Below are positions 50,148 through 59,239 of a stretch of 64,000 nucleotides of DNA, in pieces. The notes under the pieces were generated by a model. It was not told the DNA's origin. It worked only from the letters and a program-made list of their open reading frames with translations, and ran no database searches. The position numbers and the translations under genes were made by a program. The first letter of the stretch is position 1. Every line of letters starts with the position of its first letter. The stretch is taken from the IMG/VR virus record IMGVR_UViG_3300035670_000130, positions 1 to 64,000 of that record. One strand, written 5' to 3'. The DNA is from a virus.

Positions 50148-50780
50148 ATGGAGAGGTTAAACAACGACCAATACTTTACCGATAGAAGGCTGGTTGACTC
50201 CCTAGGGAATCATCTCGACATTATCGGGGACTGTCCCGATTACGTCAGGGTGCTAGAGCCGTGTTGTGGGAATGGATTGATGTCAGATGCCTTGATTGAC
50301 ATGGGCTGCGAAGTCCTTTCTGCTGACATCGACGAAAACCTAGATTATCCAGACTGCTATCTGGATGCCACGGTTCCCTATAATCTACCCAGGGGTTGGG
50401 ATCGTCCAGACTGGGTGATTACCAATCCACCTTACAGTCAGCCTACATGCCAAAAGATAATCGAAAATGCCTACGACCGATGCCAGATAGGGATAGCGAT
50501 GCTTCTTCGCTTAAGTTATCTCGAACCGTGTAGGGGTAGGGCTGAATTCCTTAATTCGGCTTGGTTATCTCATTTAATTATTTTCAATCCCCGTCCCCGA
50601 TTCCGTCTTGATACCAAGGGATCCGACAATTGCACAGTTGCCTGGTTTGTTTGGCGAAAGGGAAAAGGGCACGGAACTCAAGTAATAAACTGCACTAATT
50701 GGAACAATGAACGAAATCTTAGACCATATCCAGTCGGAGCGACTGGAGTTACTCAAAGAGCAGTCAGTCATGCTGTCTGA
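50148..50780 (+). CDS. SAM-dependent DNA N6-adenine methyltransferase (NPPY)
   Basis: Motif I is VLEPCCGNG and motif IV is VITNPPYSQ. Confidence 0.75.
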   Translation: MERLNNDQYFTDRRLVDSLGNHLDIIGDCPDYVRVLEPCCGNGLMSDALIDMGCEVLSADIDENLDYPDCYLDATVPYNLPRGWDRPDWVITNPPYSQPTCQKIIENAYDRCQIGIAMLLRLSYLEPCRGRAEFLNSAWLSHLIIFNPRPRFRLDTKGSDNCTVAWFVWRKGKGHGTQVINCTNWNNERNLRPYPVGATGVTQRAVSHAV

Positions 50781-51069
50781 GCTTCGGGATATTAATGACC
50801 AGATCACGGAATACGAGGAGTCCGGCACGGTTCACCTCAGCCCCGTCAAGGATCCGTCTTGGATTATCCGGGTTCGGGACGCAAGGAATCATCACTTGCG
50901 GAAACTACGGGATATTAGCATCGAGTTGGATCGGCTAAAGTTTCGACAGAAGCAGCTAACTCGGGCTGTCGATACCAGCCTAGCGGCGGTATTTTTTAAG
51001 GTCGCCAAAGACCAGCTTCCAGAAGACTTGTTCAATCGGCTTCTTGAATGCGCTGTCCAAACCAAGTAA
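50707..51069 (+). CDS. Hypothetical coiled-coil protein
   Basis: 120-aa ORF that overlaps the MTase 3' end by 74 nt. Confidence 0.5.
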   Translation: MNEILDHIQSERLELLKEQSVMLSELRDINDQITEYEESGTVHLSPVKDPSWIIRVRDARNHHLRKLRDISIELDRLKFRQKQLTRAVDTSLAAVFFKVAKDQLPEDLFNRLLECAVQTK

Positions 51070-51100
51070 TTTTTTTATTTACCAACACAACCAAAACTGT

Positions 51101-51466
51101 ATGCAAGTCAACAACTTCTCTTTGATCGGACGACTGGGACAAGACCCCGAAATTAAGTATTTCGAGTCCGGTGTTTGCCTAGCATCCTTCTCCGTCGCTG
51201 TCACTCGTAGCAAAGATGTCTCCGACTGGTTCGACTGCGTAGCCTGGGAAAAATCCGCTGAGATTATCGGCAAGTATGTTACGAAAGGTCGGGAGGTCGG
51301 TCTTTCTGGCACGATTTATCACGATGTCTGGACTGATAAGAGCAACGGAGAGGTGCGCTCAAAGCCCATGTTCCGGGTCGATCGTGTCACCCTTATCGGC
51401 AGCAAAAAGGACGAAGGATCTTCGCAGCCGGCCGCCCAGGTCGAATACGACCTTTCCGATTTTTAG
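51101..51466 (+). CDS. ssb: Single-stranded DNA-binding protein
   Basis: ATG 51101 (MQVNNFSLIGRLGQDPEIKYFESG...). OB-fold pattern with an acidic tip ...EYDLSDF. Confidence 0.85.
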   Translation: MQVNNFSLIGRLGQDPEIKYFESGVCLASFSVAVTRSKDVSDWFDCVAWEKSAEIIGKYVTKGREVGLSGTIYHDVWTDKSNGEVRSKPMFRVDRVTLIGSKKDEGSSQPAAQVEYDLSDF

Positions 51467-51489
51467 TCAACACAACACCAACAAAAAAA

Positions 51490-51792
51490 ATGAACAACGT
51501 TACCATTTCCTGCAAATTGACCGAGCATATCAAAACAGAAACCGTTGACGGCAAACCTCTGACAAAGCGTATTGCCGACTACGAATACTACGATGGCAAG
51601 CTAAAAGGCATGGCTAAAGCCAATTTCACTATTCTTGGATGGGGGAAAATGGCTGATACTCTAGCTAAGGCTCCGGCAAAAGAAGTTGTCTGTGAAGGAC
51701 AGATGCAGATTCTGGTTAAAGATCGTCCAGGGAATCTGCCCGGTAAAGACCGTCGGCTAGAGGTATCCCTTTCCAGATTGCATCTTTCGTAG
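51490..51792 (+). CDS. Small OB-fold-like protein (possible second SSB-like factor)
   Basis: 100 aa. The N-terminus MNNVTISCKLTE... and alternating beta-pattern are weakly SSB-like. It lies directly after ssb. Confidence 0.45.
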   Translation: MNNVTISCKLTEHIKTETVDGKPLTKRIADYEYYDGKLKGMAKANFTILGWGKMADTLAKAPAKEVVCEGQMQILVKDRPGNLPGKDRRLEVSLSRLHLS

Positions 51793-51812
51793 TTGATCGC
51801 AAATTAAGCTAA

Positions 51813-51838
51813 AGACAGGGATCCCCCTGTCTTTTTTT
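51813..51838 (+). terminator. Rho-independent terminator
   Basis: AGACAGGG-atcc-CCCTGTCT followed by TTTTTT. Confidence 0.75.
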
Positions 51839-51860
51839 GTCCCCTCTCCCCTCTTCAGTC

Positions 51861-54746
51861 ATGAATACAGAATTGATTGCGGCATTATCAGTCTTGCATA
51901 AGTACCTACCGGAAGCGTGGCTGATCCCATGCGACAATAAAAAAAGACCGGCGGGAAACCACCTTGGAGCAAACGAGCGTCATATAACTCCAGATGCGCT
52001 CAGAAAAGCCCTAAAGTCCGAAAGCCTTGAACTTCCCTGCTGGTATGACTACACAACTAAGGACAAGAAAATTGTTAAGGATGTGTCTGAGCATGTGTCA
52101 GGGTATAAACTACTAACCGGGAAGGTGTTCACTTATCGGTGCCAGCAGGTGGTACTTGTGGCCGTTGATCTAGACGGTGAATCGGCAGATGATGAGTTGA
52201 AAAAAATCCTAAATGGAGAGGATTTGCCGAGAACAGTTTCTTGGTCATCCGGGAAGCCTGGTCGGAGGACTCACCTCTTCTATCTTCCCGAACAGAAGTC
52301 AAAAAATATTCAAAGCAAATTCTCCGTTGGAAAACTAGAGATAATCGCAGGATGGCCGGGGGTCGTAGTTCCGCCATCAGCCCACCCGGAAACTGGTAAG
52401 TATGTCTTTCTGGATGGTTGCAGTTTTGAGGACGTGGCAATTGGCGAGCTACCGAGCAGTATTTTCTCTAAACTTGCGACTGTTCCACGATTCAAATCCC
52501 TTGACGAAATCCCCATCCCGACAGAATCAAGTGTTCCGTTAATTGAATGCTGTAGCCGAGAGGTACGAGGTCTCGTCTCCACTGGAGTGCCCGAAGGTTC
52601 TGGGCACAATGACGCAGCCCTCCGTGTTGCACTAGAATTGGTCGGAGTTGAGCGTTATCTACAGCAGATTGGACAACCCTACGACTCAAATGCCGACGAT
52701 CTTTTCCGTGATTTTTTAGTAGCTTCCTCTGTTAACGAAAACCGACGATCCCTTGAGCGACTGGAATGGGCGCACAAGAAAAATTACATAGAACCGAGTT
52801 GCAAGCCCGAAGGGGTAAACAATTGCATCAGGGGATGGTATTGGACAAACGTCCTCAGGCAACCTGGAGCAATACTCAAGCAGGGAAACCTAAATCTAAT
52901 AACACCACAGATGAGAGAGGACATTTGGAGTGAGTTGACTAACATCCACAGCGGCAATATGCAGGCAAAGGATGTGGAGATTAAACTTACTTCTATATGC
53001 GAAAGGTATAACCTGGACATCAAACAAGTTGATCGATTATACAGAAAAGTAGAAAATGAAATAAACGCAAAGACAGAAGACGAATTAGCGAAAGAAGATT
53101 TTTTTCAATACATAAAAATCAAGTCCACCAAGCTTGATATATCTAAAATACTTCCACCATCTTTGGCTGATGACCTAAAGCTAAATGCTAAGTCAAAATA
53201 TCATCCCGTCAGGTGTTTAGCATACATTTGGCCGGCTGTTGCCACACTAACAGGAGCAAAGGTGAAAGTCTGGGCTAACAAGCCATCGGGCTGGTCAAGT
53301 GATCTCGTCTTTTACTGCGTTGATATTGGACGCAAAGGGTCAGGAAAAACACCAGCGGGGAAGGACACTCTGCATTACATATTTGAGCGGGATCGTCAGT
53401 CCCGTGCAGACTGGGAGCGAGAGGAGTCACACCTTGCTCAAATGAGAGCCAGGTGGGATGCGATGACTTCTCACGAAAAAAGCGCAGCCGCTGAAAACGC
53501 TGAACTTAATCCTGCACTCTACGAACAACAAATGACCCCGGAGAGGAAATACAAGTTTGACTCTCCTACGGTGCCAGCGGTCGTAAAATACCTCGGACTA
53601 CAGCCTAAGTGGCATAGCGGAATACTGTATAACGATGAACTGGCTAGTCTATTCGCAGGTTTTAATCAGTTCACAAAGGGAGGGAATGATCGACAGTTCT
53701 GGCTTGAATTTTTCAATGGACGTTCATGGAAGGTTCTCGAACGGGTAACGGATACGCCAGGGACTTGCCGACGACTGAATGGACAATTAATGCAAGTCGT
53801 CGGTGGGATGCAGTTAGATGCGTTCAAGAAATATCTTGCACTCTCCACCAGCCAGGATGGCTTAACAGATCGTTTTTTGATTAGTGATCCGCCGGAGATA
53901 GCTCCTCCTACCGAATTACCGAAATCAGGGACTGGCAGTTCAGCAATCCTGGAAAAAATCTATCGCCTAATTGAGCGGATCGAATTACGACTGGACGACA
54001 ATGGCGATCCTTTGCCAACAATGATTGACTGGGAACCAGATGCGGCTGGCTACTGGGAGCAATGCTACCTCGGACTCAATGACCTATCCTACCGATTACG
54101 GAAAGAGAACTGCGACTTTGCGGGATATTGCTCGAAGCTAATAACCTATTTCCCCCGCCTCGCTGGTGCCCTTTCTCTAATCTGGCAGGCTTCTGAGCTT
54201 GGAGAAGAAGATTTTTTGATTCCGTCCAATATACCACTGCATATTGCAGAAAAGACATGGGATCTAATTAAATACTACGCTTGTCAATACCTGGCTATTC
54301 AACACAGCGGAGATGAAGCCAGGGAGCCGATCCTGTCAGAAATCTGGGACATTGTGGAAGCAGAAGGGTCAATAACGCCACGCACTGTAGTCCACCGGTT
54401 TGGTCGTCGCAAAATAAACGACAAAAAGATGGACACTAAAACCGCAATTAAATTACTGCATCAACTTGAAGAATCTGGCTTTGGGGCTATAGAGATGTCC
54501 AGGACATCGATCAAGCTGATATTCAAAGCACCAGCGGAAGAGTTGTTCAAAGAAAATCTGTTTAAGCTCAAGCCAGCATCAAAGACTCCAGGCATTGCCG
54601 ATATAGTAAGACTTAATGGGGCTAGCAATATACCCGATGGCTTACTCGGAGTCATTGGAATCGTCAACGGAGATGGCACGTATGTGGTCGCTACCGAACT
54701 CGGCGATCTTGTCGTTAATTCTACTCAATTCAGCATACAGTCTTAA
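51861..54746 (+). CDS. Bifunctional primase-polymerase (AEP) fused to a P-loop helicase (DUF3987/D5-like)
   Basis: ATG 51861. AEP motifs are LVAVDLDGES, PGRRTHLFY and VVPPSAHPETGKYVF. Walker A is DIGRKGSGKT. YNDELASLF is a DUF3987-like block. Confidence 0.8.
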   Translation: MNTELIAALSVLHKYLPEAWLIPCDNKKRPAGNHLGANERHITPDALRKALKSESLELPCWYDYTTKDKKIVKDVSEHVSGYKLLTGKVFTYRCQQVVLVAVDLDGESADDELKKILNGEDLPRTVSWSSGKPGRRTHLFYLPEQKSKNIQSKFSVGKLEIIAGWPGVVVPPSAHPETGKYVFLDGCSFEDVAIGELPSSIFSKLATVPRFKSLDEIPIPTESSVPLIECCSREVRGLVSTGVPEGSGHNDAALRVALELVGVERYLQQIGQPYDSNADDLFRDFLVASSVNENRRSLERLEWAHKKNYIEPSCKPEGVNNCIRGWYWTNVLRQPGAILKQGNLNLITPQMREDIWSELTNIHSGNMQAKDVEIKLTSICERYNLDIKQVDRLYRKVENEINAKTEDELAKEDFFQYIKIKSTKLDISKILPPSLADDLKLNAKSKYHPVRCLAYIWPAVATLTGAKVKVWANKPSGWSSDLVFYCVDIGRKGSGKTPAGKDTLHYIFERDRQSRADWEREESHLAQMRARWDAMTSHEKSAAAENAELNPALYEQQMTPERKYKFDSPTVPAVVKYLGLQPKWHSGILYNDELASLFAGFNQFTKGGNDRQFWLEFFNGRSWKVLERVTDTPGTCRRLNGQLMQVVGGMQLDAFKKYLALSTSQDGLTDRFLISDPPEIAPPTELPKSGTGSSAILEKIYRLIERIELRLDDNGDPLPTMIDWEPDAAGYWEQCYLGLNDLSYRLRKENCDFAGYCSKLITYFPRLAGALSLIWQASELGEEDFLIPSNIPLHIAEKTWDLIKYYACQYLAIQHSGDEAREPILSEIWDIVEAEGSITPRTVVHRFGRRKINDKKMDTKTAIKLLHQLEESGFGAIEMSRTSIKLIFKAPAEELFKENLFKLKPASKTPGIADIVRLNGASNIPDGLLGVIGIVNGDGTYVVATELGDLVVNSTQFSIQS

Positions 54747-54770
54747 TCGTAAACAGACAGAAGTTTTCGT

Positions 54771-55004
54771 ATGACAAAACACCAGATTACTATTCCCGGT
54801 TTAGACCGGGAATTTTGTTCAATTTGCGGAAAATGGGTCTGTAGGGACTCCGAAATTCAGCGGTTGAACAAACTATTAGAGAAGGAGTCTAACAAGACTC
54901 AGAGACGATCCCAGAAGCGTGTGGACGACCTACGACTAGAGATCCAACGGGAGGTCTCCCTACAGAAAAACTGTCAACCCAATAAGATTGACAGACAGAA
55001 ATAA
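54771..55004 (+). CDS. Small zinc-finger / coiled-coil protein
   Basis: 77 aa with a CSICGKWVC motif. Confidence 0.5.
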   Translation: MTKHQITIPGLDREFCSICGKWVCRDSEIQRLNKLLEKESNKTQRRSQKRVDDLRLEIQREVSLQKNCQPNKIDRQK

Positions 55005-55016
55005 ATGTGGTAAACT
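54988..55016 (+). promoter_or_regulatory. Sigma70-type promoter (TTGACA-17-TAAACT)
   Basis: TTGACAgacagaaataaatgtggTAAACT, 32 nt upstream of ATG 55048. Confidence 0.5.
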
Positions 55017-55047
55017 TATCTTAAATCAAATCACCAAGAGGGCATAA

Positions 55048-55416
55048 ATGGAGATAGTGACGACGGAAGATTGGTGTACGAATATGTTGCAAAAACTGTC
55101 GCTCTCGGCGGTCTGCGACTCGGAAGTGTATAAATTCCCCCCGGAGGTTGGCATCTGTTTATTGAGCATTTGTTTGGATGCAATTGTTAACGACATGCCA
55201 GAGAATTTCTTTGAGTTCAATGTTCGATCTGTTCTCGATTATTTTTGCGAGAATGATCGACAAAGAAAGGACTTCTACAGCCTTTTCCTAGGAATTATCG
55301 ATTCATGTCGGTTGTTCATTCAGTACGTCAAGAATACCGACGCAGAAGACTGGCTGAGGCAGCATAGCTTCCTGAAAGCCTGGATGTCCATGAATCAAAA
55401 GATCCAACTGATCTAG
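55048..55416 (+). CDS. Hypothetical protein
   Basis: 122-aa ORF. Confidence 0.55.
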   Translation: MEIVTTEDWCTNMLQKLSLSAVCDSEVYKFPPEVGICLLSICLDAIVNDMPENFFEFNVRSVLDYFCENDRQRKDFYSLFLGIIDSCRLFIQYVKNTDAEDWLRQHSFLKAWMSMNQKIQLI

Positions 55417-55426
55417 GAGAATTGCC

Positions 55427-57364
55427 GTGACAACCGCAATAGTAACAAAACCCGGAATACCGAGTTTACTTAATAAAAAGCTGGATTCGATAGAGTTGCG
55501 ACCAGCACAAAAGCAATTCAAAAAGCAGATTTACGATCAGATCCGGGATGGACATCGGCGGATTCTTGCCGTAGCTCCCTGCGGGTTTGGCAAAACAGTC
55601 ATCAGCGCAAGTCTGGTTTATGACATGACAATTCGGCGAGACTACAAAGTTCTATTCTTGGTTCATGCCAAGTGTCTTGTAGAGCAAACATTGGAAGCAT
55701 TTGCCAGTTATGGTATCTGGGCTGGGGCGATTGCGGGCGGAATGGCTGAACATCGAACCAAGTCGGTTCAAGTTGCGATGATTCAAACCCTGCGTGGTCG
55801 TCGTGACGTAAGTTGGTTTAAGCCCGATTTTGTGATTGCAGACGAGTGCCACGAAACGCTTTGGGATAACTGGTCATTATCCCAGTTCCCTCGACTAAAG
55901 GATGGACTGGAGATTCACTCAGTTCATGCCCTCGACCAAGAGTTACGTGTTTTGGGTGTCGATGTTGACAAGCTTGCGCTAGAGGGGGGTGGTCGCTATC
56001 CGAGCTTCGAGGAAGTTCGTTCCATTCACCGGGAAGCCTCCAAACGGTATCACCCGGATCTGACCGGCGGAGACTCAACCATGCAAAAGCAAATCAATGC
56101 AGCATGGGATGTCATCAGGCAGCACAAAGACCTATTTGAGAGTGATAGGCCAGACAAGACCCCTCTCCTGATTGGACTAACTGCAACTCCCTGGAGGCTG
56201 TCTAAGCGACAGTCCATGGGCGACATATTTCCAGTTCAGGTACTGGGGCCAACACCGGCAGAACAAATTGAAGCTGGCAATCTAGTGCCATTTGTTTATT
56301 GGCGGATTACCGGTGCGAGTACAAAGCAAATTCGTATTACAGCAGGAGATTTTAATGAAGCGGATCTTGGTCAAGCGTTTGCTGTCCCTGAAGTTGTTCA
56401 ATGTGCGGTTGACAATTACCTCAGTAAGGCTAAGGGTCGTCGCTTTGCGTGTTTTCCGACAACGGTTCGACATGCTCAGTTGTTGGTTCATGCTTTTGAC
56501 CAAGCCGGAGTAAAATGCGCATTGATAACTGGCGAAACATCCAATAAACGAAGGCAGCAAATCTACCAAGAGGTACGAGACAATCACCTCGCTGGTATTG
56601 TTTCCGTCGGGTGCATTGGAATTGGTTTTAATTTACCAGAAATCAGTTGTGTTATCGACTGCTGTCCAACCCTTTCCAGAAACCGCTACGTCCAAGCCGC
56701 TGGTCGTGGACAACGACTTGCTCCGTGGATCGGCAAAGAAGACTGCATTTATCTTGATCAAGCTGGGAATGTAGAACGACATGGCATGATCGAAAGCCTC
56801 ACCTATGGAAGCCTACAGGAATCAGACGATTCTCCCGTTGGGGTAGCTCCAGTCAAGGAATGCCCGGAATGTGGACATATTCTACTTGCTACACAGATGG
56901 AATGTGTAGTGTGTGGATACGAATTTCCTCCACCTAAAAAAGAGATGTCTGTCGGAGACATGGTGCTACTGGTTCGTAGCGATGAACTAGACCTTTTTCA
57001 CGCTTTTCAGGGAAAACTAAGAGAAGCATACCAGCGGAGAAAAAAACCCCTTTGGGCGGCCGCAGAAGTTGCCAGAGTCCACAAGAGTCATCCTAGGGTA
57101 TCCAGTCGAGAAAAAAAAGGCTGGTATCCGAAAAAAGAATGGTACTATCACGCAATCTTTCCAAACCCTGTCAAGGCAGACACACAAGCTTATATGCAAT
57201 ATTTGATAGAAGCAACCGCCAACGATCTTGAACCCAAAAAGCAATGGTGGTACGACGGCTTCATGAACAAGGAATTCGGAGACGATTGGCGTAATTTGCC
57301 CGAAGGTGAACCATCAATTGCGCCTAAACAGCAAAGCCCACTACTACCAAAATACGAGTTTTAA
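55427..57364 (+). CDS. SF2 (DEAD/DEAH-like) helicase with an internal J-domain and a C-terminal zinc ribbon
   Basis: GTG start with AGGAG SD. Motif I is APCGFGKT, motif II is IADECHE and motif III is LTATPWR. ELRVLGVDV...EEVRSIHREASKRYHPDLTGGD...QINAAWDVI is inserted between motifs II and III. The zinc ribbon is CPECGH...CVVCGY. Confidence 0.85.
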   Translation: MTTAIVTKPGIPSLLNKKLDSIELRPAQKQFKKQIYDQIRDGHRRILAVAPCGFGKTVISASLVYDMTIRRDYKVLFLVHAKCLVEQTLEAFASYGIWAGAIAGGMAEHRTKSVQVAMIQTLRGRRDVSWFKPDFVIADECHETLWDNWSLSQFPRLKDGLEIHSVHALDQELRVLGVDVDKLALEGGGRYPSFEEVRSIHREASKRYHPDLTGGDSTMQKQINAAWDVIRQHKDLFESDRPDKTPLLIGLTATPWRLSKRQSMGDIFPVQVLGPTPAEQIEAGNLVPFVYWRITGASTKQIRITAGDFNEADLGQAFAVPEVVQCAVDNYLSKAKGRRFACFPTTVRHAQLLVHAFDQAGVKCALITGETSNKRRQQIYQEVRDNHLAGIVSVGCIGIGFNLPEISCVIDCCPTLSRNRYVQAAGRGQRLAPWIGKEDCIYLDQAGNVERHGMIESLTYGSLQESDDSPVGVAPVKECPECGHILLATQMECVVCGYEFPPPKKEMSVGDMVLLVRSDELDLFHAFQGKLREAYQRRKKPLWAAAEVARVHKSHPRVSSREKKGWYPKKEWYYHAIFPNPVKADTQAYMQYLIEATANDLEPKKQWWYDGFMNKEFGDDWRNLPEGEPSIAPKQQSPLLPKYEF

Positions 57365-57365
57365 G

Positions 57366-58460
57366 ATGTCATTAACTTTTACCGAATCTCTTCCAATCCA
57401 GACATCAGTTTCCTTTCCGGGCAACAGGATTTTAATCGATGCCCTGGGAAGGGAGCAGAGAGTAGTTCCCCATCAATCTCCAGTTAGAGAGTATGTGATT
57501 GAAAAACAGACCCTAACACCCGTGGAAGCCAACTCAATTCAACAAGTCTTTGAATCGACAAAAGGGGGTCGTTATTACTTCTTCTACACAGACAAGAGTG
57601 ACTATATCGCCACCCACGCAGAAAGACACGTTGGCGGCACAGCCTACACCCAGGGGTTGGTCGTCTACAGCAATGGCTTCCATATCCTAACAAAACGCTA
57701 CTCATGGGCGGGAGGACATCATTTCCGCATTATCGGAGCCGCAAGAAATATCACTATCTACGATTACACCAACAACAATGCCATAATGGGCAACTGGGGC
57801 TATCAATACCACACTGGACTTGTCACCGGACTACCCGGAGAACACTGGTATCTAGCCGACTTTGAATTCGATGTTCCAGTTCGGTTCGCAGAAGATACTG
57901 TTGATTTGATCGTTAAAACCAAGCAGGTCTACCCTCTTTACTCAAGCCAGATAAAGTTAATTGAACAGAAATTGTCGTGGCCGACCGTATTTAATGACAC
58001 GTTCCAGGATTACTACGGGCAAGAGCTTTTAGTTGATATGCTGTTTAATTCAACTATCACGAGAAAGTTTAACACTGTCGTCTTGGATCTATCGAGTGGT
58101 TTTACGAAAACAGATAGCTATCAGCCAACCGCTATCAGTGAAGTTACTTTAGGCGAAAGGCAGGCGTTATCATCCGACAATTTAGAGTACCTTTTGTGCC
58201 TTTGGTTGAATGTCAAGGGAAGCGGGGCATTCTGGCTATTTCGAGATGTATCGACCATCAACAATCCAAATGGAAGCCCGGAGTGGGCAGCATTCCGGGA
58301 TAATGCACTTTCTTACACTTTGAAGTCGCCAGTCCCTAAACAGTATGCTGTATCTAGTTTAACGGCCAGGGTATTCTACGAAGGAATACACATTTCAGAC
58401 AAGTACGGGTGGAATGGGTCTGTTTTGACCTTGGCTGACTGTGTCTTTTTTCAGGTATAA
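57366..58460 (+). CDS. Distal tail protein, DUF2460 / GTA g12-like N-terminal half
   Basis: ATG 57366, 1 nt after the helicase stop. MSLTFTESLPIQTSVSFPG...GGRYYFFYTDKSDY...FEFDVPVRFAEDTVDL matches the TIGR02217/DUF2460 pattern (memory-based). Confidence 0.6.
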   Translation: MSLTFTESLPIQTSVSFPGNRILIDALGREQRVVPHQSPVREYVIEKQTLTPVEANSIQQVFESTKGGRYYFFYTDKSDYIATHAERHVGGTAYTQGLVVYSNGFHILTKRYSWAGGHHFRIIGAARNITIYDYTNNNAIMGNWGYQYHTGLVTGLPGEHWYLADFEFDVPVRFAEDTVDLIVKTKQVYPLYSSQIKLIEQKLSWPTVFNDTFQDYYGQELLVDMLFNSTITRKFNTVVLDLSSGFTKTDSYQPTAISEVTLGERQALSSDNLEYLLCLWLNVKGSGAFWLFRDVSTINNPNGSPEWAAFRDNALSYTLKSPVPKQYAVSSLTARVFYEGIHISDKYGWNGSVLTLADCVFFQV

Positions 58461-58465
58461 ACAAC

Positions 58466-59239
58466 ATGTTTGCAACAACGTCCCATGATAGACCAATTGT
58501 AATCAACGGCTACTTTTGCAATCCCGGCGAGGCCGTTGAACTAAAAGCTATAGAAAGAAACTCCTCCCTTGATCCGAACAATGTCGAACTGTCTGGCTCA
58601 CAAAGCCTAATTAATCAAAACACCATATTAACGCACCGACTTGCTTACAAGGACATCTATACGCTAAAAGGCATAAACTGGAGGAATCCTCCGTCGAATA
58701 TGGACGATCACCCTATCCAGTGGAGGCAATATGGAACATCTGGAGAGACCTCCATTCGTGGCACAATTGGGTGGACGATTCAAGAGCAGTCAATGTCGGA
58801 AAGACGTTTGGCGCAAACCCCGAATAAGCTGACATCTCCAGTTTGTCGTCACTCCTTCTGTGACTCAGGTTGCCAACTAAACCTGGCTGACCATACCTTC
58901 GATCCGTTGATTATCACTGAAGTATTCAGTCAAGTATCCTTCCGGGTCAATTACGCACCGCCTGATTATAGTTATGGTTATGTGGTATTTATTGGCGAAC
59001 CAAATGCAAATGCTAGTTTTCCTATTACGTCTGGAACTGGCGGCATAATCGTTCTAGGAGACATGCCGGAGTGGAAGCTGGAGGTCGGACATACCCTAAG
59101 AGCGTACCGTGGTTGTTCCAAAACAATTGGTTACTGTCGTTCTGTTTACAATAACAGCATCAATTTTGGCGGAATCCCGCCAGAGGGAGACTGGATTCCT
59201 GGCAACAACAAATACCAAGCACCAGCGGTGCAAAGGTAA
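58466..59239 (+). CDS. Tail protein, DUF2163 / Phage_BR0599 (GTA g13-like)
   Basis: The C-terminus YRGCSKTIGYCRSVYNNSINFGGIPPEGDWIPG matches the BR0599 signature GCDK....C...F.N..NF.GFP.iPG. Confidence 0.65.
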   Translation: MFATTSHDRPIVINGYFCNPGEAVELKAIERNSSLDPNNVELSGSQSLINQNTILTHRLAYKDIYTLKGINWRNPPSNMDDHPIQWRQYGTSGETSIRGTIGWTIQEQSMSERRLAQTPNKLTSPVCRHSFCDSGCQLNLADHTFDPLIITEVFSQVSFRVNYAPPDYSYGYVVFIGEPNANASFPITSGTGGIIVLGDMPEWKLEVGHTLRAYRGCSKTIGYCRSVYNNSINFGGIPPEGDWIPGNNKYQAPAVQR

